From Eubacteriales bacterium (GTDB lineage: Bacteria > Bacillota > Clostridia > Oscillospirales > CAG-272), in NCBI GenBank assembly GCA_045660295.1, contig JAZRDN010000040.1:34393-98392 (forward strand): a stretch of DNA of 64,000 nucleotides, read 5' to 3'. Below are positions 55,963-64,000 of the stretch, piece by piece. Positions within the stretch are counted from its first letter, which is position 1; the number at the start of each line of letters is the position of its first letter. The notes under the pieces were generated by a model that was not told where the DNA came from, ran no database searches, and saw only the letters and a list, made by a program, of their open reading frames with translations. The translations under genes were made by a program, and so were the position numbers.

Positions 55963-56753
55963 GCAAGCTGTTCGATTCACACGCCCATTATTTTGACGAG
56001 CGCTTTGCCGATGAATTTGAGAACGCCGCGCACTCAATATTGCCCGAGATCTTTGAGGGCGACGTTGAGTATATCGTAAATGTGGGCACAAATAACGAAA
56101 ACAATCGACTTTGCCTTGAAATGGCGCAAAAATATGAGGGAATGTACGCCGCCGTCGGAATACACCCCACCGATTGCCGTGATTACGATAGGGAAGAACT
56201 TCAAAAATTTGAGGATTTTCTTGTGGCTCACCACGACTTCAAAAAAGAAAAGATAGTCGCTATCGGAGAGATCGGCTTTGACTATCATTGGGAGCCATAT
56301 GATAAGGCACATCAGGCGTTTTTCTTCGAGGAGCAGATGAAGCTCGCCGAGAAATATGACCTGCCCGTTATAATTCACGACAGGGAAGCGCACGGCGATT
56401 GCTTTGATATGGCGTCTAAGTTCAAAAACGTAAGAGGTGTTTTCCACAGTTATAGCGGAAGCGCCGAAATGGCTGCTGAGCTTGTAAAAAGAGGCTGGTA
56501 TATATCCTTTTCGGGGGTCGTTACCTTCAAGAACGCCAACCGAGTAAAAGAGGTCGCCGCAAGTGTTCCAATGGATAGACTTCTTGTGGAGACCGACTGT
56601 CCATATCTGGCTCCGCACCCCATGAGAGGAAAGCTTAACCACTCGGGGCTTATGCACTACACCGTGGAGACTCTCGCCGAGCTCTTTGACGAGAAATATG
56701 AAAAAATGGCTCAAATATTGAGCGATAACGCAAAGAAATTTTTCGGAATATAA
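55959..56753 (+). CDS. tatD: TatD-family metal-dependent hydrolase/DNase
   Basis: 264 aa with FDSHAH, IGEIGFDYH, IHDREAH, FHSYSG and ETDCPYL. It overlaps metG by 4 nt. Confidence 0.9.
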   Translation: MSKLFDSHAHYFDERFADEFENAAHSILPEIFEGDVEYIVNVGTNNENNRLCLEMAQKYEGMYAAVGIHPTDCRDYDREELQKFEDFLVAHHDFKKEKIVAIGEIGFDYHWEPYDKAHQAFFFEEQMKLAEKYDLPVIIHDREAHGDCFDMASKFKNVRGVFHSYSGSAEMAAELVKRGWYISFSGVVTFKNANRVKEVAASVPMDRLLVETDCPYLAPHPMRGKLNHSGLMHYTVETLAELFDEKYEKMAQILSDNAKKFFGI

Positions 56754-56760
56754 CAGACTG

Positions 56761-56790
56761 AAAGCGCAACGCTACGGCGTTGCGCTTTTT
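56761..56790 (+). terminator. Rho-independent terminator
   Basis: GCGCAACGC-tacg-GCGTTGCGC followed by T5. Confidence 0.8.
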
Positions 56791-56802
56791 ATGTGTTTGA
56801 GT

Positions 56803-56904
56803 TTTTTGCTTGTGTTGGTGAGGCGTATCTCCGAAATTTTGCTTGAATAAGGATATAAAATACGAGCAGTGTGAAAAATCGGCTCTCATACAGCTTTTGG
56901 TAAG
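56803..56904 (-). pseudogene. Possible relic of the 3' end of an AraC-family gene
   Basis: The minus frame reads ...CMRADFSHCSYFISLFKQNFGDTPHQHKQ, which resembles GF.D.SYFSR.FKK.FG.TP..YR. There is no intact upstream ORF and no RBS. Confidence 0.25.
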
Positions 56905-56923
56905 CGGAATAATATAGAAAAAG

Positions 56924-56967
56924 CAATACTTTTGTGTGCAAATTGTACATAAAAGTATTGTTTTTTT
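56924..56967. terminator. Strong orphan hairpin/terminator in the tatD-EF-G2 gap
   Basis: CAATACTTTT (56924-56933) pairs with AAAAGTATTG (56951-56960), with further inner pairing. It is followed by T7 on the plus strand and CTTTTT on the minus strand. Confidence 0.6.
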
Positions 56968-57043
56968 ACTTTTATTGTGCACTGTTCACAAAAAACACAT
57001 GCGCGTTTCTACGTTTTGACGGCAAAAAAGTCATAAAAAACTC

Positions 57044-57072
57044 TTGAAAAATCTGCATTTATAGTATATAAT
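57044..57072 (+). promoter_or_regulatory. Sigma-A type promoter for the EF-G2 gene
   Basis: TTGAAA (57044-57049), a 17-nt spacer, and TATAAT (57067-57072). Confidence 0.5.
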
Positions 57073-57170
57073 TAATATAATCGGCAAGGTGAACAAAAAG
57101 AAGAAGTTGTTTTTGAATTCTTTGTGGATAAAATCTAACAGAAAGGCTGTCTCACTGTAATAACGGAGAG

Positions 57171-59246
57171 ATGGACAGGTACACTCCTATGGCAAAGTTT
57201 GATACAAAATCAATTAGAAATTTGGCGCTGCTTGGACACGGCGGAAGCGGAAAAACGTCGCTTGCAGAGGCTTTGATCTATATTACAGGAGGCTCTGACA
57301 GACTCGGAAAGATCACGGACGGAAATACCGTTTGCGACTATGATGCTGAGGAGATCAAGAGAGGCTTTACACTCTCCGCTTCTATCGCCCCCGTTGAATG
57401 GAAGAACATAAAGATTAACGTTATAGATACCCCCGGTTACCTTGACTTCGTAGGCGAGGCTAATCAAGCGCTCAGAGTTGCGGGAAGCGCGGTTATCACC
57501 GTCGACGCAAAGGCAGGCGTTGAAGTAGGAACAGAGCTTGCTTGGAACAGTGCGACTGCATACGGCGTTCCCAAGGTGTTCTTCGTCAATAAATGCGACG
57601 ATAACGAGGCTAACTTTGACCGCGTTTTCAAGGAGCTTGACTATAAGTTCGGAAGAACCGTATGTCCCGTATTCGTTCCCGTTGAGTACGGCAAGGATAT
57701 CACAATGCTTGACCTCGTAGCAATGAAGGCGTATAAGTACGACTCATGCGGTAAGCGTTGGGAGGTTCCGATGGAGGATCGCTTTGAATCGGTAGTGGCT
57801 CAGTATAAGGAAGCTCTTAACGAGGCTCTTGCAGGTACAAGCGACGAGCTGATGGAAAAGTATTTTAACGGCGAGGAAATCACTAAGGAAGAAGCTGTTG
57901 AGGCTCTTCATCAGGGTATCATCGACGGTACTATCACTCCCGTTTACTGCGGTTCGGCTACCAACGTTTGGGGCGTTATCGCAATGCTTGACGCTATCGC
58001 AGAGTCCTTCCCGCGCTTCACCGCCAAGAAGAACGAAAAGCTGGCTGACGGTACTCTTCTTCCTATCGAGGTTGACGGACAGACTTCTGTATTTGTATTC
58101 AAGACTGTCGCTGACCAGTTCGTGGGAAAGATGTCCTTCTTTAAGGTAATGAGCGGTACGCTTAAGCGCGATATGGTTCTTAAGAATAATCGCAGCGGAG
58201 TAGCAGAGAAGTTTGCTCACATTTATACCGTAAAGGGTAAGAATCAGATAGAGGTTGACGAGCTCGCTTGCGGTGATATCGGTATGGTTGCTAAGCTTAC
58301 AGATACCGATACAAACGATACGCTTTCTCCCGACGGAGCGCTTGCATATCTTCCTATCCGTTATCCTCGTCCGTATTACACGCAGGCTATGACACCTGCC
58401 GCAAAGGGCGACGAGGGCAAGATCTCGCAGGGTATCGCGAAGCTTCTTGAGGAAGATCTCACCATCAATTACGAAAACAACGCTGAAACAAAGCAGATGC
58501 TGGTTTCGGGTCTCGGTGATATGCACCTTGCGTACCTTGTATCCAAGCTTAAGGCTCGCTTTGGCGTAACTGTAAATCTCAGTGTGCCCAAACTTGCGTA
58601 TCGTGAAAAGATAACCAAGAAGGTTCAGGTGGAAGGAAAGCATAAGAAGCAGTCGGGCGGAAGCGGTCAGTACGGACACGTTAAGATCACATTCTCTCCC
58701 GGTGAGGCAGAGGGTCTTACCTTTACAGAATCGGTAGTTGGCGGAGCAGTTCCCAAGAACTATTTCCCAGCGGTTGAAAAGGGACTTCAGGAAGCTATGG
58801 TAAAGGGCGTTGCGGGATTCCCCGTGATCCACCTTGCGGCTGACCTTTTCGACGGCTCTTACCATGACGTTGACTCTAACGAAATCTCCTTCAAGCTCGC
58901 GGCTAACCTTGCTTATAAGGAATGCTTGAAGCAGGCGGCTCCCGTGCTCCTTGAGCCTGTGGGCGATCTTGCGGTAACAGTTCCCGATGACCTTGTGGGC
59001 GATATTATGGGCGACCTTAATAAGCGACGCGGAAGCGTTATGGGTATGGATACTTCTGAAAAGCAGGGCTATACAACTATTAACGCAATTGCTCCCAAGG
59101 CAGAGCTTGCTGAATATCCCATCGTGCTTCGCGCTATGACGCAGGGACGCGGATCCTTTGACTTTGAGGTTACAGGCTACGAAACAGTTCCCGGTAATAT
59201 CGCGGCAAAGATAATCGAGGATTATAAAAAGTCTCAGGAGGCGTAA
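57171..59246 (+). CDS. Elongation factor G paralogue (EF-G2 subfamily)
   Basis: 691 aa. The G1 motif is GHGGSGKTS rather than the canonical AHIDAGKTT. DTPGYLDF and NKCD are present, along with domains II-V. It resembles Thermus EF-G-2 as I recall it. The start is ambiguous between 57171 and 57189, and neither has ideal RBS spacing. Confidence 0.9.
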   Translation: MDRYTPMAKFDTKSIRNLALLGHGGSGKTSLAEALIYITGGSDRLGKITDGNTVCDYDAEEIKRGFTLSASIAPVEWKNIKINVIDTPGYLDFVGEANQALRVAGSAVITVDAKAGVEVGTELAWNSATAYGVPKVFFVNKCDDNEANFDRVFKELDYKFGRTVCPVFVPVEYGKDITMLDLVAMKAYKYDSCGKRWEVPMEDRFESVVAQYKEALNEALAGTSDELMEKYFNGEEITKEEAVEALHQGIIDGTITPVYCGSATNVWGVIAMLDAIAESFPRFTAKKNEKLADGTLLPIEVDGQTSVFVFKTVADQFVGKMSFFKVMSGTLKRDMVLKNNRSGVAEKFAHIYTVKGKNQIEVDELACGDIGMVAKLTDTDTNDTLSPDGALAYLPIRYPRPYYTQAMTPAAKGDEGKISQGIAKLLEEDLTINYENNAETKQMLVSGLGDMHLAYLVSKLKARFGVTVNLSVPKLAYREKITKKVQVEGKHKKQSGGSGQYGHVKITFSPGEAEGLTFTESVVGGAVPKNYFPAVEKGLQEAMVKGVAGFPVIHLAADLFDGSYHDVDSNEISFKLAANLAYKECLKQAAPVLLEPVGDLAVTVPDDLVGDIMGDLNKRRGSVMGMDTSEKQGYTTINAIAPKAELAEYPIVLRAMTQGRGSFDFEVTGYETVPGNIAAKIIEDYKKSQEA

Positions 59247-59252
59247 GCCTTT

Positions 59253-59284
59253 AAGGGCGGTCGAAATTCGGCCGCCCTTTTTTG
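59253..59284 (+). terminator. Rho-independent terminator
   Basis: GGGCGGTCG-aaatt-CGGCCGCCC followed by T6. Confidence 0.75.
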
Positions 59285-59377
59285 CCCCTTGTGGGCTTTT
59301 TTATTTTGTCCGCCATACTGCGACATGTTTTTCGTCTTTTGTATGGTACAATCAAGAAAAAAGAGGGAAGTGAAAAC

Positions 59378-59701
59378 ATGATAAAAAAAGCGAGCGCGCT
59401 GAAGTATACGCTTGACGGTGAACGGTTGGAAATTATCCCAAGCGGTGAAATAGATCACCATAACGCGGTAACGCTGAGGGGGCAGACAGATGAACTGATA
59501 AATAAAAGCGCCCCGAAGTTGCTGGTGCTTAATCTTGAAAAAATAAATTTTATGGATAGCTCCGGTCTGGGCTTTATAATGGGTAGATACGCACTTATGG
59601 AAAAAAAAGGCGGCAAGCTTGTTGTGAAAAGCCCAAGCAAAAGTGTGCAAAAGATATGTCGGTTGGCAGGGCTTGAGCGCATGGTAAAGATAGAAAAATG
59701 A
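59378..59701 (+). CDS. spoIIAA: Anti-sigma F factor antagonist (STAS domain)
   Basis: ATG 59378 follows AGAGGGAAG, 107 aa. The phosphorylatable Ser context is FMDSSGLG, and operon context supports the call. Confidence 0.9.
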   Translation: MIKKASALKYTLDGERLEIIPSGEIDHHNAVTLRGQTDELINKSAPKLLVLNLEKINFMDSSGLGFIMGRYALMEKKGGKLVVKSPSKSVQKICRLAGLERMVKIEK

Positions 59702-59712
59702 GAGGTGTTGAA

Positions 59713-60162
59713 ATGGAAAAGATAAGACCTGTAAATGAAATGAAAATTGTTATCCCGTCGCTTTCGGTGAACGAGAGCGTGGCGCGTGCGGTCATAGCGG
59801 CGTTTTGCGCTCAGGCAAACCCCACCGCCGTGGATATTGCCGACATAAAATGCGCGGTCTCTGAGGCTATAACAAACTGTATCGTTCACGGTTATAAAGA
59901 AGCTGTTGGAAATATATACATAACCGCGCAGATATATGAAGATAATACCGTTAAAATAAATATCAAGGACAAGGGCTGCGGTATACAGGACGTCAAAAGG
60001 GCTCGTCAGCCGTTGTTCACCACCGATGCTGAAAACGAAAGGAGCGGTATGGGCTTTACTGTCATGGAGAGCTTTATGGACAAGCTGACCGTGCGTTCAA
60101 CGCTTGGAAAAGGCACGAGCGTGACAATGATTAAACGGCTGAATAATATACATATTAACTGA
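59713..60162 (+). CDS. spoIIAB: Anti-sigma F factor (serine kinase)
   Basis: ATG 59713 follows GAGAGGTG (an alternative ATG at 59698 overlaps the upstream stop). GHKL motifs are EAITNCIVHG, DKGCGI and SGMGF. Confidence 0.9.
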   Translation: MEKIRPVNEMKIVIPSLSVNESVARAVIAAFCAQANPTAVDIADIKCAVSEAITNCIVHGYKEAVGNIYITAQIYEDNTVKINIKDKGCGIQDVKRARQPLFTTDAENERSGMGFTVMESFMDKLTVRSTLGKGTSVTMIKRLNNIHIN

Positions 60163-60179
60163 ATCGAAAGGTTTTATAT

Positions 60180-60926
60180 ATGCAGTCGTGTGAAAAATAT
60201 TCAGGAAACCGAGAGCTTATATATATCGCCCAGAATGGCAGCGAAAAAGAAGCGCTTGAGGCAACCGAACAGCTTATCCATATCAATATTGGGCTGGTGC
60301 GCAGCATAGCTTTGCGCTTTAAGGACAGAGGCGTTGATATGGAGGATCTGGTGCAGATAGGCACAATAGGTATGATAAAAGCCATACGCAGCTTTGAGCT
60401 TGAACGTGAGAACACCTTCTCCACCTATGCCGTGCCGCTTATTATCGGCGAGATAAGACGCCATTTACGTGACGACGGTCTTATAAAAATAAGCCGATAT
60501 CATAAAAAGCTGGGCATGGAGCTGATGAACGCCCGAAATAAAATAATAAGTGAGGATGGCAGGGAACCGAAAATAGAGGAGCTTGCCGAACTTTGTAACG
60601 TCAGTCCCGAGGATGCTGCAGTGGCAATGGATGCTACCTCTCCCGTAATGTCTCTTTCCACAACCTTCGGCACAGATGATAATACCATGACGCTTGAAAG
60701 CCGAATAGCCGATAACGATAACGAAATAGAGCGAATGTCTGACCACATCGCCCTTTCACAGGCGATATCAAAAATGCCGCCCGTGTGGCGGCAGATAGTC
60801 GTGCTTCGTTATTACAGAAATATGACCCAACAGGAAACCGCAAATTGTCTGGGGCTTTCTCAGGTGAAGGTTTCCCGCGAGGAAAAGAAGATAATGGCTT
60901 TTCTCAAGGAAGAATTGGTTGGATAA
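60180..60926 (+). CDS. sigF: Sporulation sigma factor SigF
   Basis: 248 aa with sigma-70 region 2 (DLVQIGTIGMIKAIRSFE...FSTYAVPLIIGEIRR) and a region 4 HTH (TQQETANCLGLSQVKVSR). Confidence 0.9.
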   Translation: MQSCEKYSGNRELIYIAQNGSEKEALEATEQLIHINIGLVRSIALRFKDRGVDMEDLVQIGTIGMIKAIRSFELERENTFSTYAVPLIIGEIRRHLRDDGLIKISRYHKKLGMELMNARNKIISEDGREPKIEELAELCNVSPEDAAVAMDATSPVMSLSTTFGTDDNTMTLESRIADNDNEIERMSDHIALSQAISKMPPVWRQIVVLRYYRNMTQQETANCLGLSQVKVSREEKKIMAFLKEELVG

Positions 60927-60931
60927 AAAAG

Positions 60932-60970
60932 CAAGGAGCTGAGTCTTTAATGACTGAGCTCCTTGTTTTT
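60932..60970. terminator. Bidirectional rho-independent terminator
   Basis: CAAGGAGCTGAGTC-tttaat-GACTGAGCTCCTTG has a 14-bp stem with one mismatch. It is flanked by A6 and T5 between convergent genes. Confidence 0.75.
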
Positions 60971-60975
60971 AAGTG

Positions 60976-62604
60976 TTATTCCATAGAATTAGCCTTGCCA
61001 AGCTCTACGGAAATGGTGTAATAGTGTCCGTTTCTGTATACCTCAAGCTCCAATTTGTCCCCGATACGGCTGTTGAAGATTATCTCCTGCAGAACTGTCA
61101 TGGTTTCACAAACCACTCCGTTTGCGGAGGCGATAACGTCGTCCTCTTGGAGCTTTTCGTTGGAGTCAAAGCCCTCGGATGTGGTTCTTACAAGTACACC
61201 TGTGCAGGGAGCGGTGTAGGGACGCGCATTTACAATTCCCACATCCTCAAGAGCCTCTGTGTCGGTAACGTATAACTTTTCGGTGAGATAGGGGTAAGAG
61301 GAGTGCTGATACTCGATATAATCTCCGTCCTCGTCAGTCTTGACAGGATAACAGCTTGTTTCTGTTATGAGATACTTGTGGTCACCCTCTACCGCGTGTC
61401 CGCTTATACCGAGTGCCGCGCCTTGTACCGCGCTTCCCGCGTTGCTGTCGGTTATCTCGCCGTTTTCGATTATATCAAAGATCATACCTTTAACGCCGTC
61501 AATAGGAAGGGCAAATCCCATTCCCTCGTAATTGCTTCCGGCGATTTTCATGGTGACAACGCCGATAACCTCTCCGTTCATATTGAAAAGCGGACCGCCC
61601 GAGTTGCCGGGGTTTACACTTGTGTCGGTCTGGAGAAGTTTGAGTATTTTGTTTACCGTTCCGTTGTCATTCTTCACCGCGTACTGACGGTCAATACCCG
61701 AAATGTGTCCTGCGGTCATAGAGCCCGCATAGCTTACGCTGTAAGGTGTACCGATAGCCATAACACGCTCGCCAACCTTTACCGAGTTTGAGTTGCCAAG
61801 AACAGCGGGGGTAAGTCCTATTGCCGAAACCTTGATTACGGCAATGTCGTTTACCTCGTCGCCGTCAATGTATTCAGCCTCATATTTTTTGTTGTTGGAG
61901 GTAATAACGGTAATCTTTTTTGCGTCCTCAACAACGTGATAGTTGGTGGAGATATATCCGTCAGCCGTGATGATAATTCCGGAGCCCGCGCCCTCTGTGC
62001 CGCTTTGGGTTATTGTACTGATCGCCACGTAAGATGGCAGACAGTATTCGTAAAGCGCGTCAAGCGCAAGGTCGTCCGAATAGTTCATAGGCGCTGAGGG
62101 CGAACCGTATCCACCCATCATAATAGCTCCCGCCAATATAACCGCCGCAAGCAGAAAGGTTACCGAAAGAATTATCGCGTAAGTTGCCGCACCGCGCGAA
62201 CGCTTGACGGGGCGCTTGCTGTTGTCGTCATAACGCTTTTGCTCACTGTAATCCCAACGGAAGGCGTAAGCCGCCGAGGGCGCTTGCGGAATATCCGTGA
62301 TAAGCGATTCCGTCTGCTTTTCCTCAATATAAATTTCGTCAGTTTCTTGGGGAGCGATTTCCGATTCGGTGCTTTCAGCCCCAACTCCGTTGTCAGCCTC
62401 GCTGTCAAGCTCCGAAATAGCTAAATCGAGCTCATCGCTCTCGGCGTTTGTTTCGGTTTCACTTTCGGCTTCAATTTTTGCCTCGATTGGAGTTGTGCTC
62501 TCAGCGTCCGCTACCTCTGCCGTGTCGAGAACCGACTCAAGCTCGGCTTTTTCGGCAGAGCCGCCGTTTTCTTCGCTGATATTGTTGATGTTTTTTTCTT
62601 CCAT
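60976..62604 (-). CDS. Membrane-anchored HtrA/DegP-family serine protease with PDZ domain (second paralogue)
   Basis: 542 aa with a long acidic N-terminal region and one TM helix. Triad contexts are TNYHVV / DIAVIK / GNSGGPL, and there is a C-terminal PDZ-like region. Confidence 0.85.
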   Translation of the reverse strand: MEEKNINNISEENGGSAEKAELESVLDTAEVADAESTTPIEAKIEAESETETNAESDELDLAISELDSEADNGVGAESTESEIAPQETDEIYIEEKQTESLITDIPQAPSAAYAFRWDYSEQKRYDDNSKRPVKRSRGAATYAIILSVTFLLAAVILAGAIMMGGYGSPSAPMNYSDDLALDALYEYCLPSYVAISTITQSGTEGAGSGIIITADGYISTNYHVVEDAKKITVITSNNKKYEAEYIDGDEVNDIAVIKVSAIGLTPAVLGNSNSVKVGERVMAIGTPYSVSYAGSMTAGHISGIDRQYAVKNDNGTVNKILKLLQTDTSVNPGNSGGPLFNMNGEVIGVVTMKIAGSNYEGMGFALPIDGVKGMIFDIIENGEITDSNAGSAVQGAALGISGHAVEGDHKYLITETSCYPVKTDEDGDYIEYQHSSYPYLTEKLYVTDTEALEDVGIVNARPYTAPCTGVLVRTTSEGFDSNEKLQEDDVIASANGVVCETMTVLQEIIFNSRIGDKLELEVYRNGHYYTISVELGKANSME

Positions 62605-62630
62605 AAAAGTAACCTCGTTAATATGTTGTG

Positions 62631-64000
62631 CTACTGAATCTGTTTTTGAGCTTCATCTTGCGCAAGCGTGAAGGAAAACTCACAGAACTCGTTCTTCTTG
62701 CTCGTAACGTTTATGCGCTCTCCGTGAGCATCTATTATTGTCTTGGAAATAAACATTCCCAACCCAACGCCCCTCTTGTCGATTCCGCGGCTCTTGTCAG
62801 CCTTGTAGAAGCGTTCGAAAACATAGGGGATATCTTCTTCCGAAACGCCCTCGCCTTGGTTATAAACGCTTACGAGGACCTTCTTTTGCCTGTTTTCTTC
62901 CAGATAATTTATCTTTATTTTGTATTCAGCGCCATGAGATGAGAACTTGACCGCGTTGTCGCAGATGTTGTAAAGCACTTGATAAATAGCGTCTCTGTCG
63001 GCTGTGACGAACATTCTGTCGTCATCGCATATAAAGTCAACGTCAAGCTTTTTTTCGTCTATCTTCTGCTCAAAGGATATGAGGATAAGTCTCGCCATTT
63101 CGCATATGTCAAAGCTCGACATGATTAATTTTCTGTCGCCTGCCTGAAGCCTTGAAATGTCGAGCAGGGAAGAAACCAGCCGCGAAAGACGTCGTACCTC
63201 CTCCTTGATGATTCCAAGATAATAGGGTTGCTCCTCCGGCGGTATAGCGCCGATAAGAATGTTGTCTATAAAGCCCGAAATCGTTGTCATAGGGGTGCGC
63301 AGATCGTGCGATACGTTAGCCATAAAGTTGTTACGCATGGTCTCAAGGTTTTCCAGTGAGTCAGCCATGTTATTGAACGACTCCGCAAGCTCTGCTACCT
63401 CGTCTTTGCCCTTTACGGGAATACGGACGTTGAATTTGCCTACCGCAAGCTTTTTCGCCGCGCGGCTCATTTGGCGAAGCGGACCTGTTATCATTTCGGT
63501 GATAAAGTAAACAGCGATAAGCGCCGCCAGCATTACCCAAAGAGATGAAACAAGGATAGCGTTTACCATGGCGTCCACAAGATTTGCAAGTGAGTTGCTT
63601 GAAGATATCGCAACCACCGAGCCTCTTGTTTCACCGTCTGCGGTTACGGGCGCAACGTATGAAATGTGTGAAATATCAAACATGTTGCCTATATTTCCGA
63701 TGATTTCAAAGCCTTGTCCCAGCTTGAGCTTTGCTACCGACTCGGAAGGAAGATACTGCTCTGTTTCAAAGAATCCGTATTCCTCTCCCGAGGCGTATAT
63801 CAGCATTTTTCCGTTTTCGTCGGTCAGTATCAGCGAAATGCCATCGCAGTTTTCTACCACCGACGTGATTATGTTGATGATATCGTCTTGATACAAAGAT
63901 ACGAAGTCAGCAAAGTTTTCTCTGTCGGAAAACTCGTAACGCAGTTCGATATAATCCTCAGCCGACTTGGAAGCGCTTTTGGCTATTTCGGTGTGCAATG
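62631..64000 (-). CDS. Sensor histidine kinase (partial; N-terminus beyond window end)
   Basis: It has an extracytoplasmic-like domain, then a TM helix (ILVSSLWVMLAALIAVYFI), HAMP, the H-box VSHDLRTPMT, the N-box NICDNAVKF, and GVGLGMFI. No first TM is visible, so the listed Met at 63998 is probably internal. Confidence 0.85.
   Translation of the reverse strand, partial: LHTEIAKSASKSAEDYIELRYEFSDRENFADFVSLYQDDIINIITSVVENCDGISLILTDENGKMLIYASGEEYGFFETEQYLPSESVAKLKLGQGFEIIGNIGNMFDISHISYVAPVTADGETRGSVVAISSSNSLANLVDAMVNAILVSSLWVMLAALIAVYFITEMITGPLRQMSRAAKKLAVGKFNVRIPVKGKDEVAELAESFNNMADSLENLETMRNNFMANVSHDLRTPMTTISGFIDNILIGAIPPEEQPYYLGIIKEEVRRLSRLVSSLLDISRLQAGDRKLIMSSFDICEMARLILISFEQKIDEKKLDVDFICDDDRMFVTADRDAIYQVLYNICDNAVKFSSHGAEYKIKINYLEENRQKKVLVSVYNQGEGVSEEDIPYVFERFYKADKSRGIDKRGVGLGMFISKTIIDAHGERINVTSKKNEFCEFSFTLAQDEAQKQIQ

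Noticed and set aside
54916-56091. 391-aa ORF antisense to metG and tatD
   Set aside because: Same artefact class. It overlaps two strongly supported genes, is Arg/Ser/Leu-rich, and has no motifs or translation signals.
57744-58865. 373-aa ORF antisense to the EF-G2 gene
   Set aside because: Same artefact class as the other long antisense ORFs.
59285-59377. Spo0A boxes or a sigma-H promoter upstream of spoIIAA
   Set aside because: There are only 6/7 matches to TGTCGAA (GGTCGAA inside the upstream terminator loop, and TGTCGCA on the minus strand near 59320). I could find no convincing sigma-H -35/-10, so the evidence is too weak to call.

Overview
This 64-kb chromosomal window appears to come from a spore-forming Clostridia-class Firmicute. 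Supporting markers are a spoIIAA-spoIIAB-sigF operon, AddAB, a long Bacillus-type SRP RNA upstream of dnaX-ybaB-recR, and an IspH-S1 fusion. By eye the GC content is about 50%. I count about 52 protein genes, 1 ncRNA (SRP RNA), 3 decayed gene relics, and many clear sigma-A-type promoters and rho-independent terminators. I see no tRNA, rRNA, CRISPR, IS, integrase or prophage signal. Most of the content is housekeeping: replication and repair (dnaX, recR, addAB, a type IIA topoisomerase B subunit), translation (metG, rbfA, rsmA, an EF-G2 paralogue, ybaK), glycolysis (pgk, tpiA), cell envelope (murD, plsC, sortase B, two HtrA proteases), two two-component systems, three tandem M42 peptidases and transporters. 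I do not see a convincing self-contained novel multi-gene system such as a defence island. The least explained parts are listed here. (1) A tandem family of Cys-rich, LamG-like surface lipoproteins at 45.6-48.8 kb has two intact copies and one truncated, frameshifted copy. It carries homopolymer tracts at positions that would suit phase variation, an operator-like 12-bp perfect inverted repeat, and an unusual cluster of hairpins. (2) An AT-rich BspA-type LRR lipoprotein gene between recR and addA is preceded by a roughly 180-nt leader with a UUCG-loop terminator and a competing alternative pairing. (3) A type IIA topoisomerase B subunit is coupled to ybaK with no A subunit nearby. (4) A response regulator-kinase-sortase B-rRNA methyltransferase-glycosyltransferase operon has no sortase substrate in view. 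(5) An uncharacterised membrane protein is translationally coupled between a QueG-like Fe-S protein and addBA. All product calls rest on motif recognition by eye, and the boundaries of RNA and regulatory elements are approximate.
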